From: Raillietiella orientalis
Lineage: Eukaryota
NCBI GenBank assembly: GCA_036172245.1
Contig: JAYWIR010000001.1
Location: 3,472,001-3,536,000, forward strand
Length of the DNA stretch: 64,000 nt
Direction: 5' to 3'
Below the pieces are notes generated by a model, which was not told the DNA's origin, searched no databases, and was given only the letters and a program-made list of their open reading frames with translations. A program made the position numbers and the translations under genes. How positions within the stretch are numbered: position 1 is the first letter of the stretch; the number at the start of each line of letters is the position of its first letter. Shown piece after piece: positions 15,351 through 28,300 of the stretch.

Positions 15351-16228
15351 TGGAAGGGGGTGCGGGAAATTCTGCTGGGTGAAGAACGATCTCAATCGGA
15401 CTGCTTTGAAGAAGCAGACGCATAGAAAACACCGAAGACCGAAGACATTCTGCGTTTCCACGGCTGTAGGCATTCATCTGTGCTATCCCGACAACGAGCA
15501 TCAGAAAGCGGATCACAGGGAGCTTGCCCTCCGTTTTCCTGGAAAGTGTTACTGCATGTCTTGACTTCGGGCCGACAGGAAACTGCGTTAGATCTTTCGT
15601 GAGCCTGTTTGAGATGAAGTAGTAAAACAGAAAGCGCATTTTTCGATCCAACACCCTGGTGCTTTGCGCACGAATGGAAAAGCAAAGCGAAGATACAAAC
15701 GATACATCTGCAAACAGAGGAACAGTGATTCCCAGAGGAAAACAAGTAAAGATGAGGCGACCCTAGTGATTCTTTTGCTTCTCCCTCCACGTGCAGGATG
15801 AGTGGGGAAGGGGTGGCCGAGGCACACAGAAAGAAAAGGGAAGGGAAAAGCTGAGATCCCGAGCCCTTCCGCGTAAATCAAGTAGCAGCCTCCATCAAGA
15901 GAGATTCAGGGGGATTTTGCCTTCATCCTTCGCTGATTCGGGACTCCAACTGCTTTAAGTGCTGGCAGCGGATTTTGGAGTTGCTGTAACGCAGGGAACC
16001 TGCAACCTCTGGTTCTTTCAGAACAATCGAGGGTGTAGGATCCAAAAATCCTGCTTCAGGTGCGAAAGCGTCTCTTTGGAGCTCCCGCGGAAGGTACTCT
16101 TCGGACGGAACAGCCACATTCTACAACAACTTCAGGTAAGCAGTGACATCCCTTCAGTGACAGCCTTTCCTTAGCAATTCTGCACCTCTTGTCAATCAGG
16201 AGTATCCGAGAAATAGCAGGAGAAGGTC

Positions 16229-19200
16229 ATGGATAAGAAAACGAGGAGGACTTCTTACTACCAAATCCCTCCCATTTTTACGCCGGAGATGCAGCTGATC
16301 GTAGAGAGCGACCCTCAACGAACGTTAGTTGCGGAGAATCCAGACTGGGACCGGTTTCTGATCCCCGACCTATCGGAGCTCTGCTGCCGCGCGCTTGCTA
16401 AGAACGGAGAAAGTAAGACCAGTGATGTGCACATCTGCAACACTTTCGAGTCGGGGATAGAGCTCCACCCTTGCTTCTCCAAGCTGGGGGAAAACGATCT
16501 CGAGAGGGTGTTGCAGTTGTGGGAAGACATCCCGTTACCTCTCGCTGTACAGCTGATCGATAAAGATGCCTACTGGAGAGAGTTGGAGAGGAAGAGGTGG
16601 CCTGTAAGTGATGTGTTCAATCTAATTTATTAGGTAATTTGTAAGTGTAAACGGAGTCACATGTAGCAATGTATCCATGCATCAGGAAGGTGCTTTATTC
16701 AAGAGATGGAATCCGCGAGGGCATTCTATGAAACAACACTATGATTACTTGGTGTCCGTGACAAAATCGCCCACAAAACCATTCATTGAATGGATACTTT
16801 TTTTTGAGGGGAGGGTGGGGGGGAAGGGACTCTTGAATTGCATGAAAGAATCCAAGCTCTTCAATGTTTCACCCATGATGCTCTTCCCACCATTTCGCCC
16901 AATAACTTGCAGGATGGGTTCGAAACACCATTGCGATGGAATTTGATTTTCTCGGACTCGGGCGGAATCTGACCCACAGGATTCATACAACCTCCTCCTG
17001 GCTTCCCTTTCAAAATGTTCGGACTCATCTCACGGATGCATGCGTAATCACGAGTAATAGGATTCTTGGGAACCATTCCTGGAAAAGCCTGGATAGGCAA
17101 CCAAGGGAGGATGTCTAAAAATGCCCTGCGAATAGAAGAAACGCGCCTCTTCTGAGAATTTCGATCTAGGACGAAGTGACGAACACAAAACCTGCGCTGA
17201 AAAGAACGCCTTTCTTTGAAGAGGCTTTGTCGCAATGAAGTGGTTTTAAATATTTTCGGTACACCAGGATGGTAGAGTAACCTTCGAAGGCCACCTCGAG
17301 AAAGCTCCTGAACCTAAGAAACTCGAATCGTATCTTTCTTTGACACCGGCTCAGAGTTCTTAATGAGTCCTTGTACTCTCAGCATCGCAGAAAAGAGAAG
17401 ACGATATTTCCTACTTGAAGATGGTCGTTTTTATAGCTTCGTGCCAACAGCGCTAGAAACCAATTGATTGCTTCTTCTGATTTAGATGTCCGCCGTAGCA
17501 AAGCACGGGAACAGCTACAAAAGGATGTACATGGAGAAATACCTCACTTATATTATCGAATACTTCAAACCGGGAATGAGCACCCTGGACGAGCTGTCAC
17601 AGACCCTCCCGCTGTGTGCAACGCTAGTGAAAACACTGAATATATCGCAGCTGCAAAGCGTGGATGATGTCGAAGGAAACATGACGGAAACCGGTAAACC
17701 CATCACCAGATTGGATTTCATGGAGATATTCAGGAATCTTCCTTCTCTGGAGGTATTCAAGGCTGCTGAATTCATTTCGATTCTGAAACTGAATTCTTCA
17801 GGAGGTTTCCATAGTGTTCGGTGCTAAACACATGGGTACTCGGTTCACGTGGAACTCGGTAAAAGTCGTCGACGACTTGCTGTTGAACTTCACCAAAGGT
17901 GTCTACACGTCCGGATCAGTGCAAAAACTAAAGTAAGTCCATTTGTTCTTTGCGTTCAAGAGCGAGGAGGAAGACGAACCAAGAAGAGAGCGCTAATGTT
18001 TCTAGGATTGTGCCTCTAAACAAACCGTAGATAAATCCAGTATTTAACAGGAACTACGACCGTTTCAAATATCTTAGTACCCATTTGACAGCGAGAGAGA
18101 GCGTACTCCCGCCTATCTGCAAATAAAATCACCATCTGGTTTAACCAGTGGGGGAAAATTGGCTGCTCCGCCGAAGAGCATCCTAAAACCCGGCACTTGT
18201 TGCCATGACTCACTTTGAAAGTGAACGTCGGTAAACCGTGAGTTGAACACATGGTGAAACGTTGGCGAATACAGCCATTGCGATCAACGGTTCCCGTCGA
18301 TCCAAGAAGCAAAGTGCGCGAAGAGTTTCGTTTGTGTTGGCCGTTTGAATGTTGCGACACCTTATTAGAGTGTGGAGGACAAGCGAAACGCGGCCATCTC
18401 GTGGACCGCAGGGTGCTTACTGAAGGCGCTTCCCTTTCTTTCGACAGATTTTCCGAGATTCAGCTGGTCTTGCTCCTCTCTTTCCCTTTCAGCTCTCGGC
18501 ATGGGACATTTTCAAACTAGGGAGTAGGTACGGGTCTCCTCGTCCTTCGTGACGTTCGGAACAAATCCACGGGCACTGACCAGCGAGGATTCATTCGGGA
18601 ATGAATTCTTGATTCGTGAAAGTGCGTGTTTCACTTGAAGCCATGAAGGATCCCTTGCGTGGCGGATCCATCGGGAAAAGGACAATGAGCCTCAAGCGCT
18701 GCCTTGGAGGTGACCTGTGCTACATGCATCACGAGGGGAACTCTGATGTGAGCTCACATGTTCAGCCCAAGAGCGATGCTAGCAAAGCCACTAGCACACT
18801 TCCAGAGCTGAGAAGGGTCGAGCAGCCAAACGGTTTAGCAGTTCTCGGCGGAATTCTAGTCGGAAATTCGTCCCGAATTCCGTTCAGAATAAGTAGATCC
18901 AGGTGGTGGTAGATGTTTGCAGTCTTCGATTGAGCATGCGCATGAAACAGAAATTCTATGGAGATCCTTGGCAGAGGAACAAAACGTCCTGAGTTTGGTA
19001 TGATTCCATGTTATCTGTCTCCAACAAGGTCAAGATGCAAACTTTACAACAACAAAAAAAATCGAAACGGAGGAGAGGGAATTTGAAGAGATGTGAAACT
19101 TTTCTTGGATGACCAAGGTCAGACCGATCGTCTTATCTAAGCGACCCTTCTGAACCTTCTGAAGGATGACGCAATCGCTCGCTAAAGAGTCGATGAAAGG

Positions 19201-22200
19201 ACAAACAGGAAAGGTATCAGGTTTTGGTAGTCGCTTGGTTCAGGTCATCACTGTTCCCCCTTCTTCTTCGTGGAAACAGGAAGCACTACCACTGGAAGGT
19301 TGACCAAAACTCGGAGTGAAGTGCGTTTACGGGTCTAGCAGAAAGTTTGGCTACTTTGGTCGTGCGAAACGCAGCCGTACGGACCACGAGCTTGCGTAAG
19401 GGGCAACGGGAATCCTGGAAGAATAAAAATCAGTGGGTAACCGAGAGGATTGGAGATCAGAGCGCGGAATTGCCCCTCTTGCAAGAGCCCAGAGCTCGAA
19501 ACAAAATCCAGACACCAAGAGCACGTGTATTTTGGGTGGCCGGTTGCTAGAGCGAAGGAACTAGACAGGAACAGAAAGTCAAGGCCACGACAGCAAAGAT
19601 ACAGAACAGTGGTCACAAGTCCACCGAAAGATATGCACGTGAGTAAACTAACGCCATCAGAGTGGTTGCGACCCGACATCAAAAACTCTTCATGAGCATC
19701 CACAATCATCCTTTTAGTATGACAAAGACTAGCCCTCTCACACCCATTAATTATTTCTCTTAACACCAGCAGCCATCATTCTCATTCCAGCAATCCTTAG
19801 TGCCATCGTCTACCACATTAGCACTGTCCACCTCGTTCGATCGATTAATCATGATTTATTCATCAATCTTTCACATAACACGAACAGCCTCCACAATAAA
19901 CTCGTCCTCCTACATACGCTTAACGTACCTCACATACTCGATCGTTCACCCGATGCTCGGCGCTTGCTGACGGTCCACCAGCCTCATGTTGGGAAGGCAA
20001 CGTGTTGAGGAAGAGCATTCATCAAGGAAAGATGGGAGGAATTCCTCATGCCAGTGCTTGTTAAAGCAGACAGCAATAAAAACCATCGAAGACACCGAGC
20101 AAACAGATGCGGAGTCAACAAGCGATTACGAAAAATGGTCGAAAGTCCAACTGATAGGCATGCAAACTCCAAGGGCATTCAAAGCCACGATAGGGTCCAT
20201 CTTAGTTTTTCCGCATTTCCTGGTGGCTGCTCTGGAAGAGTCCTAGGTCCTCTCTCACCCTTGACCGCCACAGGGGGCGGATAGCGGGTGCATGAGAGTG
20301 GGAACGTTCTGCCTGCGGGGGCAACAAACGGGTGCGACCGGAGAACGGCGGAGCTTCGTGAATCTTCGCAAGTGCACAGCACCCACACAGGGACGCCGGT
20401 CAGTCCGTGGAGCCTGTCTTGCAGGCGAATTCGTGGTACGGAAAGCTATTAGAGTTTTCCACGACAGGGAGTTCGGAAAGGAACAGCTTCCGGGACGGCT
20501 CGGCGTTTATTGCAATCTTCCCATCGGCTGATGATCACCAGAGTGAACTGCGATGCTCCCCCCCAAAGAGGGCATGGGTCCGAACGAAGGAAGAGACTGC
20601 TGTTCCTAGAGAATCGCACCGTTCGCGACGCAGATATCTTTTTGAGAGTGTCCGTTGCTGAAGGCGAAATACCCAATGGCAGCCCATGTCCGTTCATTTG
20701 GTGTGCAGAACATCACAGATAGGGAATCTTTGTGAAAGAAGAGGCATTACACATCTTCTCCTCAGGAAGAGCAGAAGCGAGTTGGCTAAGAATCTTCAAG
20801 CACCGTACCGAGCGGTTTCCATCATTTCTCCGTTTGCGCGAAGGAGGAGCTCCAAATCTCAGCAAGAGAGTCATTAATTCTAATACATCGCCCTCAAGTA
20901 GAAAGCACACCCGCTTCTTTCAAAAATAACTGCGCGTGAGCATTGATTTTGCCTCGGCTTTCGACGTCAATCCCCGTCTTCATTCAAGCCGGAGGCCGAT
21001 CCGTCTTCAACCTACCCGTTTCCATTCAGAGACTTTTGCAAATTCCTTGAGCACCAATGAAACAGGGATTCATCCCTTCTTTCGATAACGTGCCACGTGA
21101 TTCCGAATCTGATGCGCAGCCGGAATCCCTGCGATGGAAACGCTCATTCTAAGAAAGAGGTCCTTAACGTACGTCAGATCTCCTCGTGAATTCCTCTGTT
21201 GTTCACGGAGGTCGTGCGTGCTATATCTCCGGAGCTCAGGCTGCCGATGATACAATAGGACCCTCTTGATAACCCATGATGCTCCCCCCCTTGTATATCA
21301 GCCACTCTGGCTTAATACCGAAGTGATTTGATCATTTCCTATGGCTGCTGCGTAGTTTTTCGAACTAGTTGTCGAATGCTGCCCAGAATGCGCGCCGTTC
21401 GTGCTCACTCAGCATGAATGAAGCGCCGCCTTATTTTTGGGTTTCCCCTTTGCTCACAGCGTTCTCAGGCAACTGAATTTCTTGGTTTCCCTGACCAGCT
21501 TTCTCGTGCTGCATCCACGTTCGTTCGGACAAAGGTCACCCATTTGGCGGTAACTTTTCCGTTCTCGTTGCTTTTCAACTCTTCTGGGGACTGCGTTCAT
21601 TCCTTTCCGCTTTCATCTTATCTGTGGCGGAGAGCAGGTGGATGGTGGAGAGTGGAGTCTTTGTGTCTCCCGGTGTGCTGATTCCCTGTGGTTATCAGCG
21701 TGGTAACGAGCTAGCAATTAGCCCTCTCTCTCTCTCGGCCGCGGACCTCTTCGACAAGAAGAAAGCTGTCGCAGATATCGTTTAGTGGTCTTGTGCGTCA
21801 AGGGTACCGCATGAAGCGAGATAAGGCTCCAGCACATTTTTGCAGTGCTTGCCTTCAACCGAGGAGAAGATCGATCACGCAGAGATATTCACACGCGTAG
21901 CGGGATTGTCCGCAGAGCATCGAAATAACGTGGACCCCATTTCTTTGACCTATGAATTCACTCGCAGTGCTTGGAATTGGCCAGTTGCTCCCTTGAAAAT
22001 TTTCGAGAAACAACGCGTGAATACGCAGTGGAGGGATAGTGAGTTCTCCTTCATTTTGATTCGTTAGATGTACGATAGTCATTCTCTCGCTGCTGCGTCA
22101 CAATTCTGAAATTCAAATGCAAACGATATATATATGAGTACGAGGCGCTGGACCGCATCGCTTGATGAAATAAGGAGCATCTTGGCACTTTGGTTTCGAG

Positions 22201-24262
22201 TCTCTACGCCTCTGAACACAGCGCGGCCCCTCGCAGTCGTTTCCCAATCCATCTTATGATCAAATATCTTCTGAGCGAAGTCAAGCTAAAGCACCATCCC
22301 CTTATTCGTTACCAGCACTTGAAGCTCTCCATAGCATTCCTGGGAAACAGCGAGAATGTGATCGTGGTGGTCTCTGTCCAGACTTTGTTTTAAAATTATC
22401 TTCCCGCCATTTTTGTGTGAATGTGATTTACCTACACATCCACATCTTTATTGCCAATCTTTCCTCACTTCCTGATATGAATCAGCGGCGAGGGTTAGTT
22501 TATGTCATTAATCACTTCGTAGGATTTTCTACATTCCCAGATTTCAAGTTCAGCACCGTTGGAGTTCTTTCCAAAGTGCGATGCGAACTTTTCCAAAGTT
22601 CCTTTGCTTTAGACAGGGCTGCTTTACAGAACAGAGATTTCTGAAGTTCACTTTATCTTTTATATCAATTTAGAAAGATGAGACAGATTTGGTGAGAAGG
22701 AATCAGTTTTAGGTGAGCTTGATCCAGGGCTGATTTATCTCCCCTGATCATATGACCTTTTGAATTGACGCTTCTTTCATACAAACGCTTTTGAAACTGA
22801 TGGGGAACATCTGTTTCAAACAGGAAGTATTCTCTTCGTGTCAGACGTGTAATATGTGTCATGTTCAGTGTGGCCAAGCCATCTTCTAAGCCATATTCGT
22901 GGGGTCATTCCAGAACTCAAAAGCATCTGTACCTATTGCTCAGTATGCACCCAACCTTAGCACATTCGAAATCGCGTTTCTTCTTTGCTGCCTCATCGTC
23001 CTGAAATAGTTTGGATGATGCCAAAGGAACCGAAGAATTCTTAGAGGTGGTCTTAGACGACTTTCGAAAATGCCCAGCGTGTTTCCTCTTGAAAACCATC
23101 GAGAGAAACTGCATCTCTGAGATTGGACTCACTACACCGCACGCATTCAGCGAAACGACCGTGTGCAAATATGAGTGAACATCCTTTCTCGATTCACTCC
23201 GTCTCTGTGTGTTTCTGATGTACGATGCGGTATACTTCCAAACGCATCTCCCTCCTACTTACGATGCACGCTCAGAATACTACTTGATCCGAACTGGAAA
23301 TATCTTTTGTGGAATAGGATTGAATCGTCCATATTTCGCAATTAACATTTCCAAACCATCATGCCAATATGCCAAAACTTGCATGCGTACATTCAGGTTT
23401 TCAAAACTCGTATGTGGGAATTTTTTATGAGTGTTTGATGCTCATTTCAGGGACACTCATTATTAAATGAATTTCTTGAAATCAAATGGATTGCGCATTC
23501 TTAGTTGAGCCTAAAAGCTCCCGAATGTGTACTTTCAGAATCCATTGCAGCTATCTGGCAGACAAGCACGTGCTTATGATGGAGGAAAATTTATTCAGAC
23601 GCTGTAGTTTAACGCTTCTTGATTTTACTGGGAACCGCCTAACGGACAGCAGCATCCATGTTTTTGCTTCGTGCCTCTCTCGAACAGACTGCAGACTACA
23701 AGTTCTCATCTTATCTAATAACGAAATCAAGGGCAGAGGAATTTGCACTTTGGCAGAAGCGCTGAAAACCAATAGCTCCTTGAAAAAACTCGACTTGAGT
23801 CTGAACAACTTGGACGATGAGGCGGTTGAGGAGCTCTGCAAAGGTCTCTCGCAAAACTCGTTCCTGCAATTCCTAGACATCAGCGCCAATGCTTTCGGCG
23901 TGGAAGGGGCCATGTCCCTTAGTAGCGTACTCAAGTCCGGAAAGAGCTCACTGTGCACTTTAGACATCAGCTGCAACGACATAACCAAGGTAACTCGACA
24001 GCACTCTGCAGCAGTTTCGCACTGCTCTACGTTTGTTCCAAAGGCAGGGGGAAAAGCCTTCCATCTGGCCCTCCTCGACAACCATACTCTCATCACCCTC
24101 GACCTGCGTTTGACCAACTGTGGGACGGATGCACTCTACACTATTACGAGCTGCCTGAAAAGAAACAGAAGATCTTTGGAGAAAGAGTTTTACTGGCGCC
24201 TGGGAGACGAGGTTCCGTCAATTGCAAGACAGATGGTTTGCATGCAACTATCCATTCTTTAA
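16229..24262 (+). CDS. TCTE1: Dynein regulatory complex subunit 5 / T-complex-associated testis-expressed 1 (LRR protein)
   Basis: Exons 16229-16412, 16461-16603, 17486-17752, 17802-17932, 23539-23989 and 24044-24262 (the last few codons are uncertain; a 24236-24274 intron leading to TGA is possible). The spliced protein RTLVAENPDW..IPDLSELC...IPLPLAVQLIDKDAYW...RWP|..HGNSYKRMYMEKYL..FKPG..LPLC...VFGAKHMGTRFTWN, then RI-type LRRs ending ISCNDITKAGGK...DNHTLITLDLRLT, parallels TCTE1/DRC5. A 5'UTR intron at 16136-16199 is likely, with an in-frame TAG upstream of the ATG. Confidence 0.88.
16700..17400 (+). mobile_element. Decayed LTR-retrotransposon pol fragment in TCTE1 intron 2
   Basis: EFDFLGL (like vxFLGh) followed by THLTDAC...ILG (like the RNase H lxTDAS..G motif); heavily disrupted. 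Confidence 0.3.
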
Positions 24263-24549
24263 TCAGCTAACTAGTGACCTGGATGTTTCGTGGGCACGGA
24301 TGTTGGGTGACCGCACATTACTGCTTGGCTAGGCATTTCCCTTTCTAAGGAAGGAACACCAGATTCCTCTTTTCCGATTCCAGTTTCCTGGCTTCGTGTA
24401 ATCTCTATGAGAAACATCTCTGTGCGCATGCGCACGCTTACGTTTTTAAAACGAAGAGCTCCCTCACATATTATTCGTTCGAACGGAAAGTAGCGAACCG
24501 ATTCCCCTCAGAAAGAAGAAATCGTCTTATCTCGGCATCCTGATCTCGT

Positions 24550-25000
24550 GGACCATTCCACGAGACACCTCACCAACTATGTCCCCATCCGTCTCACGAA
24601 ACACCTCTCCAACACGCCATGAAATACCTCGCCAACCGCCTCACGAAACAATATGCATTCTAGGACGAAACCGATAGCAGAGAAAGCAAGGATGCTTCCC
24701 CGATTTGAGGTTTCCCTGACCGTGCCCACTCTCGACGATGTCAACCATTGAGGAAGCTTCTCCGAATCGATGCTGCTGCTCTGGTCCACGGAAAGTGAAG
24801 GCTGCGGGTTTCATCACGATCTGGGGAGAACTGAATCGGTGACCCACTGGAGGTTTGGAGGATGGTACCTAGCTCCTCCATCTTGATTCCCATCCATGCC
24901 CGATCCAGTTCTTTGCTGAACAGCGGTGCGGCCATCGCACATGAATTCCCAATAACAAAAATGAGTCTCCTCGTGTCTACTAAAGTCAGCGCCATCATTT
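24550..25000 (-). mobile_element. Decayed retrotransposon aspartic protease relic
   Basis: ALTLVDTRRLIFVI (like aLvDTGA..s.i) and ILQTSSGSPIQ (like l.tA.Gs.i) on the minus strand. Confidence 0.3.
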
Positions 25001-28000
25001 CAGACGCGGAAGAATTTTATAGTGCTAGGAAACACGCGACTTTGTGAGCACCCCGGGAATTTCCGCAAGACGAAGAACGAGAAAGCGGAGAAGCGGGAGA
25101 AAACGGGTTTTCCGAAGGCAGCGCTCCATTTAAACGCTTCCGCCTGTGAACTTCGGGAAAGGTGGCCTATCCGAGCGGCCGAATCCTCTGTAACAGTTCT
25201 CCTCAGCAAAGGGGAAATCTTCTCTAGAGTGCTGGCATCTTTCTTTTTCTCTGGGAACATCCGGACGTCGGACGGTATTTACGGGAATACGGTATGCTCC
25301 GCAAATCCGCGGGTGCTTCTCCTCTTCCTCCTCCTCCTCCCTTTCCCATTTTATTTAGCCACCCTCGCTGAGATCCGAATGCGCTTCCTTGAAAGATAAA
25401 TCTGCGGTCAAGAACACGCGCGCGATAACAAGATAACGAAGATCAAAGTCTCCTGCTGATATTGCATGGATGAAAGCGTGTAAGAAAACCCTCAAGTGTG
25501 CCGGGGGAAAAGACCAGGCGCTCCGATGCTTTCGCGTCGCAAGAAAAAATACCGTTGCCCACGTCCACAGAGGCTTCCCGTCTCTGTGGTGGCCCGTGGG
25601 TATGCAGTCCTTATTCCTTTCCTGTTTTTTCGTTTCCCCAACCTCCCACTTTTCCTGCTTCCGCCATTTTTTGCAAGACGAAATCGTACGCACCACAGAG
25701 GATCGGGACCGTGCTCCAAACTCCTGCGCTTGCTTGTTTCCAGGAAACCACTCTTCCCTCTCCCTCCTCATCGGACAAGTGGTTTGCTCCCGACTGCGCT
25801 TGCGCACGCACGGTCACGATCATTTTTGTAGGTTGGGCATGAAAAGGCCGTACACATGTTCTGCAGCCTTGCGAGCACACGCGAGTTCCTGGTCCGCGGA
25901 GGTTCTTCAGCAACGATCGTTTGGGGTTCTTCCAGTCAGGTCGCCTTTCTTGCCTCCATTTCCCTCCTCCCAGCGGTTAACGTCGGTTCATTCGAGTTTG
26001 AGCCTCTGAGCTGGTGGCGCGAAGAGGACGCAAGAAGGGCAAAGAGAGAGAGCTCACATGGTTCCGTGTACTTTTTGGAGCTGAATGAAAAACTCTCCCC
26101 AGCTGCATGACCAGGTGGCCCCGGGGCATCATTCATCTCCGAACAAGACTTTCTTGAAATCATTAGCTGCATCCCTCCTGACTCCTTCTCGCTCCGACCA
26201 CTTAGAGCCAGATGCCCTCCCCCCCTTCTGTTCGAAAGGGGGATCTTCATTAGTTGCTCCAGCTCGAAGTCTGCCTTCAGGAGGACCCGGCGAGGCGCAG
26301 CAGCCGCGCCTTGGTTCTCGCCAGGGTTCTCGAATCGACAGCATCCGGAAAGTCCCCTCTTCCGGAAGGTTCCTGAAAAGGGGAAAAGAGAATCCGCTTC
26401 CGCCAGACTTTCCCCGAGTGCCGCGGCTGCGACGACGGAGACAGCAGACAAAGGGGAGGAAGACTTTTTCGAGATTGGATTTTGCCCCCTCTGTTTCGCC
26501 TAGAATCGAGTTCGCTTTCCCTCTCTCTCGTTCCCTTCCCCCTCTCCTCTCTTCCTCCTCGTTGCCGAGCTTCGAGTACAAGACGTGCAGATCGCACTGG
26601 TCACGTAGTTCGCTCGTTGCCTGGGCAACGGAAATCGGGACCCGGAGAGCGGGTACGCGGATGCAACGATCCGACTCGAGGAACGCAGGGGATGGAGAAG
26701 CACAGATGGATGGAGACAGGATTCCCATTTCCCGTAGTCCTCCGTGTCACCTCAGGGGTGGTTCTTCGCTGCCACGGAGCTCTCTCCGAGTCCCGCCAGC
26801 TTCCCGGAGGTCCTTCACCGGTTCGACAAAAGCAGGCCTTCGGGAATCGCCCCCACTGCCGTTCCCTGATTATTTACCCGTTTATTGAACTCAATTTCCT
26901 CCTGGTTCCTGTTCCCGACGAGGTCAGTCCCTTTGGTTTCAGGACGGGGGGCTACACATCTCTTCTTCCCTGACCACATACATTTTTATTTATCCATTTG
27001 AAACGACTGGCCTGGACAATTGGGGGCGATGTGGGTGCCGGCAGTAGCACGTCTTCATCGTCTCTCACTCACCCGTTCTTCTCCCGGTCTCGCTGGCCCG
27101 CGACGCGCTTCCTCGCCAACACGTCTTACGTGTGTTCAGGGGGCCTCCTAGCAACCGTCGCCGCTCCATCGCAGCGTCAACGTACGTGAGAAGGAAAGGG
27201 GAGGGTGGAGAGAGAAGAGAGAGGCTTTGCGGCGGCGTGGTGACCAACTTTTCAGGAAGCGACGTCTCGAGACGGAAGGGAAGCTGGAGAAAATTCGGAC
27301 TCTCGAGGTTTATATTTAGCAGCAGAGGGATTTTTCTTCTCGTCTCGTCCGGTCGTCCGCTTCGGTCAGAAGAGGAAGAGAGAAAGGGAACCGTGGAGCA
27401 GTCCGCACGCACCCTTGCGGTCATGCTGGATCGACCCGATAGCGGAAGGGCGTTCTGCCAGCAATTCAGCACGCGCTCGCCCTCGCGCGCGCGGACTTGG
27501 GAGCATTGCCGGGCGGGTTTCTCCTGCTTCACATGCGCGTTGTCGAGATAAGCAGGGGTGTCTGTCTGTAGCATCGGTGGACGCGACACGTGGATTGCCA
27601 TCTTGGTAGCATCCGCGAGACTCCGTGCTGGAAATGTGGAGCAAGAGAATTCAGCGAAGGAAAGAAAGAAAGAAAGAAAGAAAAAAATGGAGGGTAGGGG
27701 GGGGGAGGAAGAAGAGAAATTGGGGACACTCGGAAAAAGCGGGGTGAACAGCGAAAATGTGGGGCTGCCCTCCGAATCCGGTCCCCGGCTCGGGCGCCTT
27801 ACTTTCTCAGTCGAGCTGCTGCTGGTTCGCATGAGGACGCAGCTTCTCTTTCCCTTCCCATCTCCACGTGTACGAGCAGCATGGGAAATGCTGCTCCCCC
27901 CACCCTTCCCGGGAAGACCGATTTCGGGAGGGGCTTCGAGATTCGGGAGCTTCCGGAGAGCTCGTGGAACACGAAGCCGAACGAACCGTCTCGTCCCGGG

Positions 28001-28300
28001 TCCCGCGGGAGACGCAGCACCGGAGCTCTTCCCTGGAAGAACTTTGGCTGGAGTGAAGAAATTATGCGTTAGAATGGGGACCAGAGTTCTGGACCTCGAG
28101 GGGCTACTGCGCATCGGAAGCAGGGTGTTCTGTGAGGCTCTAGCCTGATCCCGGCTCGCCGAGACGAAACAGAGAGGGAGGAGGTTTTCTTTTTGTTTTC
28201 TTTGGGAGAGGGAGGAAAGGGGGGCCAAAACTGAAAAATCGAATGCTGAAAAAGCGTTTGCCTCCTTAGAGGGCGCTCACGAATCTCCCTGTTCACGCTT

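Noticed and set aside
20950-23200. Faint gag-like and integrase-like fragments on the minus strand of TCTE1 intron 4
   Set aside because: Motifs are too eroded to support a call without a profile search.
26540-26620. DLHVLYSKL resembling Id/emc helix-loop-helix helix 1
   Set aside because: No downstream ELVP...VIDYI helix 2 exon could be found.
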